Shown in pieces: positions 50,901 through 62,900 of a DNA stretch of 64,000 nt; positions within the stretch are counted from its first letter, which is position 1; the number at the start of each line of letters is the position of its first letter. The notes under the pieces were generated by a model. It ran no database searches and was not told the origin of the DNA. It saw only the letters and a list, made by a program, of their open reading frames with translations. Source of the stretch: Rhynchobatus australiae (taxonomy: Eukaryota); NCBI GenBank assembly GCA_034780895.1, contig JAUZTB010000064.1, forward strand, positions 38,853,424 to 38,917,423. The letters are read 5' to 3'. The position numbers and the translations under genes were made by a program.

Positions 50901-53900
50901 TGAAGTACATGGGCTGCTTGCTATGATGTTGGGAATAAGAAGCAAGTCTGCATATTTGCTGTAACTCAGTATAACACTGAGTGTTTTCATGGCCCCGACA
51001 GACAAGAACGAAAGTTGCACAGCTCGTAGTTCAGCTAAAAATAATTCATATTTTTGTACAGTTCTATCACATGACTTTGGGCAGGTTTCGATTAATTCGG
51101 CACTCCCTTTTATAGCACATCCTTTACGAGCCTCATTTCCTTCATTACGATCCAGTAAGTCTTTGGAAAGAACATTTGAAGATTCTTGACTTCGTATGCT
51201 AGAGGGATCTTTGTGGTCATCATCTACCATAAATTTTGCAATTTCTTCATCCAGCTTTTTTTCCAATTCATTCTTGACAGCTTTCTCAGGAGGGTCTTTA
51301 TTTTGTGTCATCTTGTTGCATATTTCAGGCTCTTCATGTACTCCTGTCAAGTAGGTCAGGTCTAATAACATGGATGGCATAAGACCATGGAATCTAGTCA
51401 TGTCAAAGCAACAAGACTTGCAGGGTTCCAGAGAGGAGAGTGATGTGTCACTTGGAGAGCAAGAAATCAGGAAACTTTGTTAGCATATGTTATAATACAA
51501 TGAAGAACTGAGAATAAAAGCAAAAAGGAAAAATTAAAAAAATGAAGAGGGAGTAAAATAGATAAATACCAAATAGAGCAGAAAGTGCATTTACATAGAA
51601 CGTTTGAAAATTGGACAAGGGAAGAAGAACTGAATTACACAGAAGCAACAATCTTATTAATCATTCATATTGTTTATCAGTCTAACATTTTCCATATTTA
51701 TCTATACAACATTCAAAAAGTGGATTTATAATAATTATATTTGTTTTGCCAACTGTGAAAACTGCAGCAACTACCCTCCTGCTAAAATGTTGTCAGTTCA
51801 AACCAGAGCACGATCTAAAATCATTCTACACCCAACCCACCAGAGATACTGTTGAGTAGTACCAGAGATTGTGAGTTAGTAAAAAATGGCAGAGATCGGC
51901 GAATCCACCTCTTGCCTGAAATGCATTCTTTGAAATAAACTGAGACCCAAGGGCATGAAGTAAGGTAGTCTTTGGAACAGTCAAAGTCACTTTTAGGCGT
52001 AAGTATCACAAACAATTTGCCTGGTCCAGTCAAGTGGATGCTATGGTGAAGAAAGCACACCAGTGCCTCTATTTTCTCAGAAGGCTTAAGAAATTTGGCA
52101 TGTCTTGACGACTCTTACCAATTTTTACAGATGTGCCAAAGAAAGCATCCTATTCAGATGCATCACAGCTTGGTATGGCAACTGTTCTGCCCAAGACCAC
52201 AAGAAATTGCAGAAAGTTGTGAAAGCAGCCCAGTCCATCACACAAACCAGCCTCCCCTCCATTGACTTGTCTCCACTTCCCACTACCTTGGGAAAGCAGC
52301 CAATATAATTAAGCACCCCTCCCACTCTGGTCATTCTCTCTTCTCTCCTTTCCCATTGTGCAGGGGTACAAAAGCTTGAGAGCATGTACCGCCAGACTCA
52401 AGGATAGCTTCTATCCTACTGTTATTGGACTTTGGAATGGACCTCCTATACACTAAAAGATTAACTCTTTATCTCCCAATCTACCTCATCATGGCCCTTG
52501 CACTTTATTTGTCTACCTGCACTGCACGTTCTCTGTAAATGCAACACTACATTCTGCATTCTGTTTTTCAGTTTTACTACTTTGATGTACTTATGTATGG
52601 CATGATCTGTCTGGAAGGCATGCAAACAAAAGCTTTCAGTGTATCTCGGTACATGTGACAATAAATCAATACCAATACACAGACAGAGAAATAAAAATGG
52701 CAAATAATGTGAAGGTTCCATTCAAAAGAGGAAGGTAACAATTTAGAGTAAATATTTTGATTTGTTCACCAACAAGATCCATCTAGTACTAATTTTATTT
52801 CAGAAGCATCTCAGTCTTCCACATAGAACCTTTAGGATGCACCTTTCATATCTGCAGTCAATACGGTAATTTTGAAGTCTAATCACTGCTCTATGCAGGG
52901 ACTCAGTAGTAAGTAATGAGGAATTACAAACTGAAAAGATAAATGACCCGATAATCTGCCCCTGCAGTGCTAATTGAAGGATAAATGTTGGTCAGAACAC
53001 ATGCAGAATTAACTCCCTCTTCTTCAAACAAGTCAAATGACTGCTTCTACGAACACAATTAGCCTTAACAGCTCATCTGAAAGATAACTCTGCTGAGAGT
53101 GCAGCAGCTGCATTGTATTTCAGTATGATTACCAAGAAATAGTAGTACTGTTCTGGGTAAATATCACAGCAAAGACAATACATCTTTTGGATATTTATAC
53201 TAGAAAATGAAAGCAAAAGCTGCTTAAAATAAAAAAACTGCACATACTAGAAGTCTGAAAATGAAAACAGAAAGTGCTAATAACACCTGGAAGCATCTGT
53301 GGAGGGAGAAACAGAATTTCAGATTGGATGCCCTTTGTCAGAACTGGGAAAGGGAAAAAATAAGTTAGTTTTAAGTTGCAGAAGAGGTGGGGGTGGCTGA
53401 ATAGGATAAAGGGAATATCTCTGATAGGGGAAGCCAAGTTGCCATGGTAATAAACTGTCAATGAAACAATTTATGTTTAATGAGGGCAGTTAGGGAGAGA
53501 GAAAAAAAGTAACATGTAAAAGCTGTGAATTACAGGTCAGAGCTGGAGAAAATGTCTGTCAAATCAGGCAGTGTTAGTGGAGAGAGAAAAACTGAGTTAA
53601 CCTTAAAGCAAAACTGACCAATTCTCTGATACAAATGGAGAAAACGAGTTAATTGAAATTGTTGAATTTGATATGGAGTCCTGAAGGCTGCAATGTACCC
53701 AGATGAAAGATGAGGTGCTATTACTCATACTTAAATTGGGCCTTGTTAGAACAGTGCAGGAGGTCACTGACACGTGGCTCACCTGTGGCACAGGGATGGG
53801 AAATGAAATTGGGAGCTCAGGATCATCCCAGCAGATAAGACACAAGTGCTTTGCAAAGCTGTTTCCTATCTGTGTTTGGTTTATCAAATGTAGGGGAGAC

Positions 53901-56900
53901 TATATCGTGTGCAATACCCTACATTGGAAGAAACTCAAGGGAATTTTTACTTCATCTGAAAGAAATATTTGGATCCCTGGATATTGGGAAGTCAAGAGGT
54001 AAAAGTCCAGGGAATGTGCCATGAGAAGGGAGGGAATGATAGAGATGGATCAGGGAGTTGTGAAGCAGTTTCTTTCAAACACTAAAAGGGAAGGGAAGGG
54101 GTGGATGCATTTGGTAATGAAATATCATTGAAGGTGGTGAAAATTGTGAAGAATGATGATGTTGAAGTTGGAGACTGATGGGGTGGAAAGTGAAGACTCA
54201 GAGGGTGAGAGTAGATGTATGGGAAGCAGATGAGATGTGGTCAAGGCTCAGTCAAATATACTCCGAGATGTCTTCCTTCTTCCTTAACCATGGCATTTCC
54301 ACCAATGCCCTTTTTTTAAAAGCAATATGACATATTTCATCTGGGAATAGCCATTTCTTCACTTTCAAAGATGCTAAACCTCTTAACACGTACTCTTTTA
54401 CAATGTTAATCCCATCAAATATTTCACACTTTCTCCTTTACTGCAACATCAACATTGTTCTCTTTCATAAAGATAGCTGGAAAATATTCATTTCTTGACC
54501 CTTAGTGGACCTTATCCCCAGTGGACCTCAGTTATCTCTTGTTCTTTATTAACTGAAATAATCTTTGGATTTTCTCTCATTTTATTTGTCATTTCATGTC
54601 TTTTTTTGCTCGCTCAATTTTAGTTTTAATTTTATCCTGACATTTCCGATATTCTTCTTGGCTTTCTGCAGTTTTTAGTTCCTGAAACCTGACATACAAT
54701 AAGTTTTTCTTTTATGCCTCATACTGTCCTCTGCAGATTTGGTANNNNNNNCTTTGGATTTGACAGCCCTGGTCTTTCCTCTTTGTGGATATATATTTAC
54801 CTTGAACCCCTTGATTCTCCTTCTTGAATACCTCCCATAGCTCTGTGACTGATTGACCATTCAATAGATGCTTACAGTTCACTTTTGCAAATCACTTTTC
54901 AGCCTTATTCGTTTTAGAATAGTTTTCTCCTTTTTATGGCTGTCCTTTGCATTGGTGTATTTATTTCCAGAAAATTCTGAGTATTTGTTAATGGCATGTG
55001 CCGAAAATTCTAATGATTATGGCTTAGTATTTATGCTCAATGATGCTATGTGCCATTGACCTTGAAGGGCATTCTCACAAAGATCTACTGATCTCTTTGG
55101 TATAGACTTCCCTTTCCCCAATCTCATTTGTTGACAAACATTTATTTGGTCCATGAGGTTTCTGACCTCCAGTAACAATGATGTTATTAAGTTGGCTGAG
55201 CAGTCCATCATATTGAAGAATTCTGATAACCAGGAAGTTCAAATCATCAATTGTAGTTGATTTGTATTTTAAATATTTTGCACAGTGAGAAATAAGACTG
55301 GAACTCAATTAAGATGGAAGTCAAAATATCTCAATCAAGTTTCTTTAAAAACAAAAGCTAACTTAAAAATTCTATTTTAATTTGAAATATTTAACTGAGG
55401 GAATTACAACCTACCTATATTTTTGTATGGTTGATAGCAATTTCAGGATTTCCTATCAAACTATCCACATGCATAAANNNNNNNNNNNNNNNNNNNNNNN
55501 NNNNNNNNNNNNNNNNNNNNNNNNNNNNNNNNNNNNNNNNNNNNNNNNNNNNNNNNNNNNNNNNNNNNNNNNNNNNNTCGATAGATTGACAGATTTGTGT
55601 GTGTTATGAGGGCAAATGTTATCACTGTCTTTGCATCTGCAGACAATACACCCACATTTTCATTGACTATCAAGAAGATCATTGCAGTTTCAAGCCACAT
55701 AGGCCAAAATCAGAAAATACCTACAATTGGGCAATGTGGTCTCTGTTTAAAAAAGAAAACAGAAAAAAATATGGTATCAAAGGAGACCGTTCTGCTTACT
55801 GCATCCTCTCTGGGTAAAAATTAAATTATTAGACAAATTCAATTTCTTGTCCATTTACATTTTAAATGCAATAGGATGATTGAGGAAAAAACTTTCAGGT
55901 TGTGACTTACAGAATCCTGCCCACCCAACTCCAGCCGCTCAAAAATTTTGAGTAAAAATTGTTTTCATCACAATCCTTTTAATCCTTTTACCAATGGTCT
56001 TGGATGTGTCACTAGCTATTCCTGTATTAGGCCTGTTTAAAGTTTATAATTTCATAAACTACAATTAAATCTACCCTCAGACTTCATTTTCCTAAATCAA
56101 AAAACACGTTCTCAAATAATCTCATAATCAAGACTTTCCAAACCTCTGAGATCATCCTCATAAGAATATTACCGCTAAAATCAAATCCTTAAATATTGCA
56201 TACAACATCACTTGTCCCAAATCTTTACACAATGTTTTTACTAAACTGGAAAGGAACATTGGATTATTTTCCTTCTTGACATGACGGCAATTGCTACTTC
56301 TATGTGGAAACTGGACAAACAATAAAGAATGAAATCAATAAAGTCAGAAGCTGCTGGTTAGGCGCAGTGGAAGCACATGTGATTCAGACTGATGACCTAT
56401 CATTGGAATTCATTTATTCTGTTTCCCTCTCCAGAGAAGCTACTCATCTCTTTTAAGTATTTCCAGCATTTTCTGCTTTTATTTCCAAATGAATGAGCAA
56501 CAATATGCATAAACTTTCACTTTTACAGTTCTACTCTCTCCCGCTCCTTCAGATACCTGTCACAACCTGCCATCAACCACCCCACCCTCCCACATCCCAC
56601 TGAGATTCCATCTTTCCATGACAGATAGTGAAACTGAATGGCCTCCTCCCTAATATTTCTTGGGTACAAAATACATTTCAAATCCAGTAACATTCATTTC
56701 TAAATTGATGTGATATTTGTACCTGATGGCAATTTCTGCATCTTCCCACTGTAGTCTTGCAAAGGTGCCTCCTGCTTTTGTAACTCCTAAAAGGGTTGCG
56801 TTGCGACCTGAAGGCCTATGCAAGCATTGACCACCAACTCGGAGGCCGCCATCTATTCCACCAACAACTGCCAGAACAGGCCAGACTTCTCTGCATAGCA

Positions 56901-59900
56901 TTCGGAGTTGTAGTTCAGCCAAGTCTGTGATACACTGGATCTTATCTTCGTCCTTTAACAGGTTGTCCTCCTGCCCTCTCAACTCTTTATCCTCAAGGGT
57001 GCTTTTCTTGATGGAATATTTACCTCGAGTTTTATTCAGTTTCAAAATTTTTGCTTCTTTCATAATAGAACCAATCAACTCTAGCCTACAAAGCATATGT
57101 TGGTTAATTGCAGACATCCAGTTGTCATTGCTATGTAGTTTTCGGATCAACTGTACAGTTGCCTCTGCCAGTGCAGTCATAAGAGGACTACAAAATGGTT
57201 CACCAGGTAGAAGTTCTCGAGGCATTCCACGCATTTGCATGTCACAAAGTGCCACCTGAAAGAAATGGAAAATGTCAAGACTTTCCATGAAAAATCCTGT
57301 AAATCGACTGCACTCATGATCGTGCGTAAATCATAGGCCTGCATACCTAGACTCTGGCCTAAGTACGGGATGAAGATTATAAACCTAGAAATTCAACTGT
57401 GTTAATGCTGATTTTTTTTTTAAGAAAGAGTCTTGTGACTTAAGATTTACTTGGAGAGAAACACGATGACAGTTTCTGGATCATTTCACATCTCTCTATA
57501 AATTTCTTCAGGCACTCCTAGGATTTAATGTGGGCAAACAGGATTAGTGTAGATGGGGCAAAAGACTAGCATTGATATGGTGGGCTGAAGGACCAGTTTC
57601 TATGCTGTCCAACTCTCTGACTCTACGTCCAACTCAATTTCTGCAACAGTTACACACTGGATGACATTATTTCCATGTGGACTGTCATGGAGGAAATAAA
57701 TTGTTGTAGAAGTAGCCATTTGCAGAACAACTTCATGTTATTAAAATAGCACAGAATTGGACTGTGAGGGATATCCCAAATAATCTTTGATCCTTCAGGG
57801 ACTACATCCTCCAAATCAGCTTGGTACCAACCCACCATTCTTTGATTTTTCAGGGCCTACATCCCTCCAAAGCAACTTGGTACCAACCCACCCCTTCAAC
57901 CCACCATTCTCCCTCTCTAAGCTGATACTCAGGCCCCAACCCTTGAAGGCCGTGATTCCCCTCCATCACTTGCTTTCCATACAATGACCAACTGACCTGC
58001 CCCCCAATTAGTTATAGTTACTGATAGTTACTTGTCCTTCTTGCAGACCACTGCCCAACTGCGCCCCCNNNNNNNNNNNNNNNNNNNNNNNNNNNNNNNN
58101 NNNNNNNNNNNNNNNNNNNNNNNNNNNNNNNNNNNNNNNNNNNNNNNNNNNNNNNNNNNNNNNNNNNNCCCCCCCCCCCCCCCCCGACACCTCAGATGCA
58201 TATCCAGTTCCTCTTGGGAACCACATTTCCAGCCCCGATCCTTCTTACAGGCCCCTCTGACTTCCTGGACATTTACTTTGTCAATACAATCCCAGACATA
58301 GATTGGGCTGATGACCATAAACCCTCTTTCCATATTCAGCCTTAGTCCTAGATGGCATATTTTCAATTATGAAAATGTACAATACTCTCTCAGAAACACC
58401 TGAGACCATTATCAGTGCCTCACTGAATTTCTAGGCCATAATCCTTAAAAACAAAAGTGTTGAAAATTCAATTGGATGTAAATTGCAATTTAGCACAAGT
58501 CTATTATGTTGAATAATTAACACTTAATCTTCACAATTACATAAGTAAACTGAAATATGCAAATAGAACATTGATACCTAAACAAGATTGCAGGACTGTT
58601 GTAAGAATCAAAGATGCGATGTTTATGGACCACAGTATAAACAATGATAATTTGTTATGAATAATTAAAAACACAGATTTATATTAATCAAAATTTACAG
58701 TATGAAAATCTCTAAAGGTTATGCTGGACCAGTAATTTACGCACACATAATAAGAAAAGTACTGTGAATGCTGGAAATCTGAAGTAAAAAATATAAATAC
58801 TGAAAATACACAGCAGGTCAGACTACCTCTGTGGAGTACTAAACAGAGCTAAGACACTAAATTCGTGGAAGANNNNNNNNNNNNNNNNNNNNNNNNNNNN
58901 NNNNNNNNNNNNNNNNNNNNNNNNNNNNNNNNNNNNNNNNNNNNNNNNNNNNNNNNNNNNNNNNNNNNNNNNTGTGGAGTACTAAACAGAGCTAAGACAA
59001 TAAATTCGTGGAAGATGCAAGCTTGTGGCTAGGACTGGGGAGAAGTTAGAAGAACGACCCGATGTGTTGGAAGAAGGAAGGGAACCAAGAAGAAGCAGCA
59101 GACCAAGACGGCCTCAATTTTAATGACAAAAAAAAATCAGTGAATCCTTCATGCTTATTATTGTTGGAGGTGGGGTGTGGAAATGACAAAAGAAAGCAGT
59201 ACAAGATAGCTAGTTGGATCAAAGTAGCAGCAGATGGGGATATTTATTAGCTTTGGCCAATGACAGTAAGGTCTAATCGAGCTTTATGCATTCCCATCAG
59301 GATAAACCAGTTGTCCATGGCATCCATTTAAGTCGACGTCTCTTGTGACATGTGATTAGATGCGAGTGATCAATTAGTGCAAATGACCAGAGTGAGAGTA
59401 ATGGTTTTAATGGAATTATGCATGAAAGATGAAGCCCAGTGCTGCTTGAGCTTATCAGTGCTGCAGAAATGGCATAGCAAATGAAAATCCAAAAATTTGA
59501 CAGCTTAAATGTTGAAATTGGAACTGGAAGTGAATTTTGGTAGAAAAAGAAAGAAGTGAGATTGGAAGAGGGATAAGAATGGAGAACATTTTAAGGTGCA
59601 AGTTGTCACATGGTGCAATGGTTGAATGAGGAAAACAGTGGTGGCAGCTTGGAGAATATTTTTTCTCATCATAAATAGTTGGGCTGTGGAGGATTAAGTT
59701 TTTAAAAGAATGTGTTGAAACAAGGTGAGATGCTTGGAAAAGAGTAAAGCATCAGAGTAGCAGGAAAGCAGTGCTAATGATGGTACAGTGGTACTGCAGG
59801 TACCGTAGCAGTCTCAAAGCTCTAGCAGCTCTGGTGCAGTCTGTGTGGAGTTTGTATGTTCTTCTTNNNNNNNNNNNNNNNNNNNNNNNNNNNNNNNNNN

Positions 59901-62900
59901 NNNNNNNNNNNNNNNNNNNNNNNNNNNNNNNNNNNNNNNNNNNNNNNNNNNNNNNNNNNNNNNNNNCAGTCTGTGTGGAGTTTGTATGTTCTTCTTTCAA
60001 CTGCATGCATTTCACATGGGTGCTCTGGTTTCCTCCCACATCCGACAGACATGTTGGTTGGGAGGTTGATTTGGCTGCTGTAAATTAAGCCTCGCTTTGT
60101 TGGCAATATTATTGGGCCAGTGAGGGAATAGATTGTGAATGGCTTCTTCTATTTCATAAGGAAAATGAAACGATAATCAAATTTGCTGATAAGAACCATA
60201 CTGTTGCTGCAAAGGTTTGAGCAGGGCAAGTGTCAGAATGTATAGCCATTTGTGGAGCCTACAATTTTAGGGAAAATGTTATTACCCACAATCAATGTTT
60301 CTCTTAAGGCCACAATACGTGTGCAATCATCCACAATAACCTTATGAAGGATTTAGGCTTTTGGAGGACATCAAGAAAGTTGAACCATTGCTAACAGTAC
60401 TGTTTATATTCATTAACTTACTTGAACACATGAAAATAGATAACTCAGTTACCTTTTCTCCAGGATTACTGCTATAAAACATCACACAAGGATACAGTTC
60501 AGTTGCATCAACATCTTCAAAGGCTAATTTTGGTTCCTAAAGCAAATAAGAAAAATCACTTTTACTATTAATGGCTGGTATACCTCAAAAAGTCACCAAG
60601 GGCCCAAATTTTCCCATCCTTTTTTTCAATGCAATAAAACCAAGTTGAAGTGACATTTGCATCCTTCTAATAAAAGTACTAAAATTTGCAGGGCCATCTA
60701 TCTCCTGGATGTGGGAAAGGTGAGGCAGACATGAACTGCATTACAAATATTGGAAAAATTACACAAAGTTTGTGGCGAACTCATGATTGCACCTACCTCA
60801 GAACTTGTGCTACAAGTAATTGGAATGGCATTCCCCTGTCACCAACAGAAGGTGCTTCAGGTATAGCTCATGAAGAACATCAAGGAATTGTGAAGACTAA
60901 ACAACCATTAAATGTGTGGTGTCCAGGAACAGATCAGTTGGTTGGATACAGAATTAACAAATATCTAGAATATCTAGCAATCACAATGCAATTATTTGGC
61001 CCAATAATTTGATAATGAATCTAACATCAATGTGTCAATCACTTCCCATCTAACTAAATTAATATGTGAAGCTTCAATTAAAATATGTGTATGGTATAAT
61101 AATATTTTTACAGACTAAAAATTCTGTAATATGAAATCACAAAGCATAATTTTGTATTTAAACCTTAAAAAAACCATACGATTTCAATGAAGGCAAACCA
61201 TCACTTGTTACACAAGGATCATTTTAAACAAAACTCTGTTTTTGTGCTCAGATTGTGCTATATGCTGTCAAAACATTTGTGCATCAGTGGGAAAATGCTG
61301 CATGAAGAAACTAGATTTATTATTAGTCTTATTAAGCAATCTCTTAAAACAAGACATTTACCTTACCTCATCATTCTTTCCAAATGAAATTGTTCTTGCT
61401 TCCACATCCAGAACACAAGTTATACAATCTCCTTGTGTGTAGCTAGGTAGAGTACAGCCTTGCTCCCCATTGTGGTAGAGATTCCCACTATAAGCTCTGT
61501 AGAGCCACATATCTGATGTTGTACGATGATTGAAATCTCTGACTGGCCACCGTGAGACTCCGACACATGTACCTTCATTACCTTTATTTTCCCTGGTTAC
61601 GTAAAACTGCACACAAATTAATGAGAACAGAATATAGACTTATGTGTGGGAGTGGTTTACCAACTGCCTCATCAACTATACCACTGAATAGTATTAATCA
61701 AGAACATCCATCTTATAATAGTAATTGAGGGGCTTTAATCTTCATATGGCCTGGACAGCAAAAGTAGTATAGAAAGCAGGTGAATTGTTTTCAATTCATT
61801 CATGAGTTATGGGTGTGACAGCAAGATCAGCTTTCAATGTTCATCACTAATCACTCTTGAGAAAGTAGTGGGAACCAGCATTTTGAAATGTTGCTCATTA
61901 TAGTGTTATTAATTAAGAGCATTCAGAACCATTCATAAAATAAGGGCAGTTTCTCTCCTGCTGTTATAAGACTCTAGAATGCACCTCTTGTATAATAAGA
62001 TGAAATCTTGATCTCTCAATCTACCTCATCATGGCCCTTGCATCTTATTATCTACCTGCACTTTCTCTATAACTGTAACTTTAACACTATATTCTGCATT
62101 CTGTTATTGCCTTTCTCGTTGTACTACCTCAATGTACTTATGTTTTGGAATGACCTGTATGGATGGCACGCAAAACCAAGTTTTTCCACTGTATCTTGGT
62201 ACAGGTGACAGTCATAAACCAGTTACCAATTACCCAACAATGGCAGCAATGCGGTTAGGAAGGGCATTCAAAAATCTTGACTGCTGTTATAGGTGGACAA
62301 GCTGTGGGCTGCCATAAAGTCTTTCAGCTGCTTGATGGGTGGGCTTTGTTGCAGACTGGCCACGTTACTCTAATACACTGTGCGAGGCAGAACGTCACTG
62401 TTTCAAATCCTCACCTTATCTTTCACCGANNNNNNNNNNNNNNNNNNNNNNNNNNNNNNNNNNNNNNNNNNNNNNNNNNNNNNNNNNNNNNNNNNNNNNN
62501 NNNNNNNNNNNNNNNNNNNNNNNNNNNNNCACCTTATCTTTCACCGAGTTTTTAAATCAGGAAACAGCAAAATGCGAACTCTGAATTTTTTCCATGTCAG
62601 GGCAAGAATATATGGATCACAACTGTGAGAAGGTTCTGGTCCAGTTTATTTGGATTTTCAAAAGATATTCAAAAAGGTGCTATATAAAGGGCTACTACGT
62701 GAAATAGTTCATGGGGTATTATATTGGCATTAATAGAAGATTAATGATAGGACATGAATAAATTGGCATGTTTATGATGCCACAAAGATCACTGCCAGTA
62801 CAGTAAATACAAACTTCTACTTGTGTAGGATAACATGGCAAAAACATCTCATGCACCTCAAGAGTGTTATCAAGCAAAGAATAGAGGAGCTGGGATCAAG

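Noticed and set aside
55017-55308. Two short overlapping minus-strand ORFs in an intron
   Set aside because: No recognisable homology, and the flanking exons join without them.
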